Positions 62,901-64,000 of a DNA stretch of 64,000 nucleotides are shown in pieces. The notes beneath the pieces are model-generated. The model was not told where the DNA came from. It searched no databases and saw only the letters and a program-made list of their open reading frames with translations. Position numbers and translations under genes: made by a program. Numbering within the stretch: the stretch's first letter is position 1; the number at the start of each line of letters is the position of its first letter. Source of the DNA: Phyllosticta citribraziliensis (lineage: Eukaryota); the NCBI RefSeq assembly GCF_038025025.1, contig NW_027117349.1, forward strand, positions 186,001 to 250,000, written 5' to 3'.

Positions 62901-64000
62901 ACGCGCAATACTTCCAAAAGATCCGGTGGCAGTACATGATTCTTGACGAAGCACAAGCCATCAAATCCTCTCAGAGCTCTAGATGGAAAAGTCTCCTGGG
63001 CTTCCACTGCCGTAACCGTCTTCTGTTGACCGGCACTCCGATTCAAAACAACATGCAGGAACTATGGGCGCTTCTTCATTTCATCATGCCAAGCTTGTTC
63101 GACTCCCACGATGAATTCAGCGATTGGTTCTCCAAGGACATTGAAAGCCACGCGCAATCAAACACCAAGCTCAACGAGGATCAGCTGAAGCGTCTTCACA
63201 TGATTTTGAAGCCCTTTATGCTTCGACGTATCAAGAAGCATGTGCAAAAGGAGCTTGGAGACAAGATTGAAATGGACGTCTTCTGCGATTTGACCTACCG
63301 CCAGCGCGCCTATTACACCAACCTGCGCAACAAGATCAGCATCATGGACCTCATCGAGAAGGCCGCGGTCGGAGATGACCAGGACACGGCTACTCTGATG
63401 AATTTGGTCATGCAATTCCGAAAAGTCTGCAATCACCCGGATCTGTTCGAGCGCGCCGAGACTCACTCCCCAATGTCCCTCGCCCACTTTGCCGAGACTG
63501 CATCCTTCATGCGTGAAGGCCATGAAGTCAACGTCGCCTACTCGGTTCGCAACCTCATCGAATACTCCATTCCCAGTTTGATTGGCAACGGGCCTGGCAG
63601 GCTCTCCGTCCCAGGGCCGGAGAACCCACAGGCTGGTTGGAGAGGTAAATACCTGGAACATTTAATGAACATCTGGAAGCCGGACAATGTTCTCGAGAGT
63701 TCAAGGCAAGACGGCGAGTTTTCATGGTTGCGCTTTGCCGACACATCGCCCAGCGAAGTCTTCTCAGCTGCACATAATGGCCTCTTCCGCCGCACCGTGG
63801 ACATCACGAGGAAGCCCCGTCAGCTTGGCCGATTCAAAGTTCTCTACGATGAAGACGACGGCAATTACCAACCAACGCACGCCATGTTCAACATCGTACA
63901 ATACAACGATCGCCGGCCGCTTGCAGAGGTCACCAACGAAGGCTTCATGCAAAACCTTCTCAACATCTCGAACAGCGCGTATGCGGCTACAGGACTCGAG
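59929..64000 (+). CDS. INO80: Chromatin-remodelling ATPase Ino80, 3'-truncated at the window edge. Start uncertain (59914, 59929 or 59971).
   Basis: DBINO/HSA region ([25 protein letters not shown]), [52 protein letters not shown]. Introns at about 60265-60334, 60584-60636 and 61066-61117. Confidence 0.95.

Overview
Gene-dense DNA from a filamentous ascomycete. Short GT-AG introns with CTRAC branch points and the protein styles suggest Pezizomycotina, possibly Dothideomycetes (inference only). I can support about 25 protein-coding genes, most of them intron-containing and mostly housekeeping, often in head-to-head pairs: an MFS permease, a USP deubiquitinase, MRPL7, SEC8, SEC61, a Mn-type CDF, a single-pass Ser/Thr membrane protein, a LaeA-like methyltransferase, GRS1, RPF1, a copper amine oxidase, CAF1/POP2, NDUFB3, an FLX1-like carrier, BDP1, BRE1, BMT5, FYV10, RBG2, an MBOAT, two F-box-like genes, BRX1 and a 3'-truncated INO80. 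The standout is a tRNA-Ile(UAU) gene at 27603-27768 with two interruptions. One is a normal 38-nt tRNA intron after position 37. The other is a 55-nt spliceosomal-type intron (GTAAGT...GCTAAC...AAG) exactly between tRNA positions 60 and 61, whose removal restores a perfect T-stem and acceptor stem. Other items: a Tc1/mariner-like MITE in an MFS intron, a GC-AG intron, a C3HC3D Bre1 RING, a dual-start GlyRS and a Gly/Cys-rich microprotein with an MGC lipidation-type N-terminus. All calls come from manual reading of the sequence. No searches were run.
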